Below are positions 5,161 through 5,248 of a stretch of 5,248 bases of DNA, piece by piece. The notes beneath the pieces were generated by a model that did no database searches, was not told where the DNA came from, and was given only the letters and a program-made list of their open reading frames with translations. How positions within the stretch are numbered: the stretch's first letter is position 1; every line of letters begins with the position of its first letter. Source of the DNA: a virus; the IMG/VR virus record IMGVR_UViG_3300011182_000052, positions 1-5,248 of that record, one strand, 5' to 3'. A program made the translations under genes and the position numbers.

Positions 5161-5237
5161 AACGGCGCGGCTCTCCGGGATTGTCAATACCATTGACAAC
5201 ATTTGACAATTCACGGTTTTGACCCCGAGCCGCCGTT
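5161..5237 (+). other. Compound stem-loop spanning the circle junction; candidate packaging signal or origin element
   Basis: The outer stem pairs AACGGCG[CG]GCTC (5161-5173) with GAGCCGCCGTT (5227-5237): 11 bp with a 2-nt bulge. It encloses the inner 8-bp hairpin TTGTCAAT/ATTGACAA (5181-5188 / 5192-5199) and a third TTGACAA (5203-5209). It starts 32 nt after the gI stop. Confidence 0.6.
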
Positions 5238-5248
5238 CAGCCAGGCCA
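5173..5248. repeat. Terminal direct repeat, copy B (circularisation overlap)
   Basis: Identical to 1-76. The window ends exactly where the identity ends, as expected for a circular molecule written out linearly. Confidence 0.97.

Larger units (their letters stand above)
1..5172 (+). mobile_element. Complete circular filamentous-phage (inovirus-like) genome, unit length 5172 bp
   Basis: Exact 76-bp terminal overlap (1-76 = 5173-5248). All genes are co-oriented in Ff-like order: Rep, gV-like, small TM protein, coat, gIII-like, gVI-like, gI/Zot-like. There is one non-coding region of about 400 nt. Confidence 0.9.

Noticed and set aside
5149-5209. Reading each clustered TTGACA as the -35 of a separate sigma70 promoter.
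   Set aside because: I checked 16-18 nt downstream of each copy (5149, 21, 31, 47) and on the minus strand for 9-15. No TAnnnT-like -10 is present. Only the copy at 291 has one.
4072-5214. Alternative-frame and antisense ORFs within gI: + 4072..4545, - 4203..4649, + 4552..4905, + 4637..4987, - 4731..5066, + 4915..5118, - 4981..5214.
   Set aside because: They overlap the Walker-motif-bearing Zot/gI frame. Their translations are Arg/Ser/Cys-rich with no domains. They are typical shadow ORFs of GC-rich coding DNA.

Overview
The window is one complete circular genome of a very small filamentous ssDNA phage (Inoviridae-like). Bases 1-76 are repeated exactly at 5173-5248, so the contig is a circle with a 5172-bp unit length. 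All convincing genes are on the + strand, in the classic Ff (M13/fd) order. A small membrane ORF is followed by the rolling-circle Rep (Rep_trans type), a gene-V-like ssDNA-binding protein and a small membrane protein at the gVII/gIX position. Next come a 41-aa leaderless major coat protein and a hairpin terminator, then a gIII-like adsorption protein, a gVI-like protein and a Zot/gI-like assembly ATPase. I see no secretin (gIV), integrase, repressor, tRNA, rRNA or CRISPR. About 400 nt of non-coding DNA spans the circle junction (5130-5172 plus 1-362). It holds a TTGACAA repeat cluster inside a compound hairpin, an extremely GC-rich island (~80% GC) and one good sigma70-like promoter. Composition is mosaic: the non-coding island is about 80% GC, the Rep and gI lines counted are 52-65%, and the gIII/gVI tip module is 45-57%, lowest in the N-terminal half of gIII. 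The ORF track renders TTG and GVG-type alternative starts as M (TTG and GTG), so several track starts are artefactual and I re-derived them from Shine-Dalgarno context. All homology statements come from my reading of motifs, not from searches.
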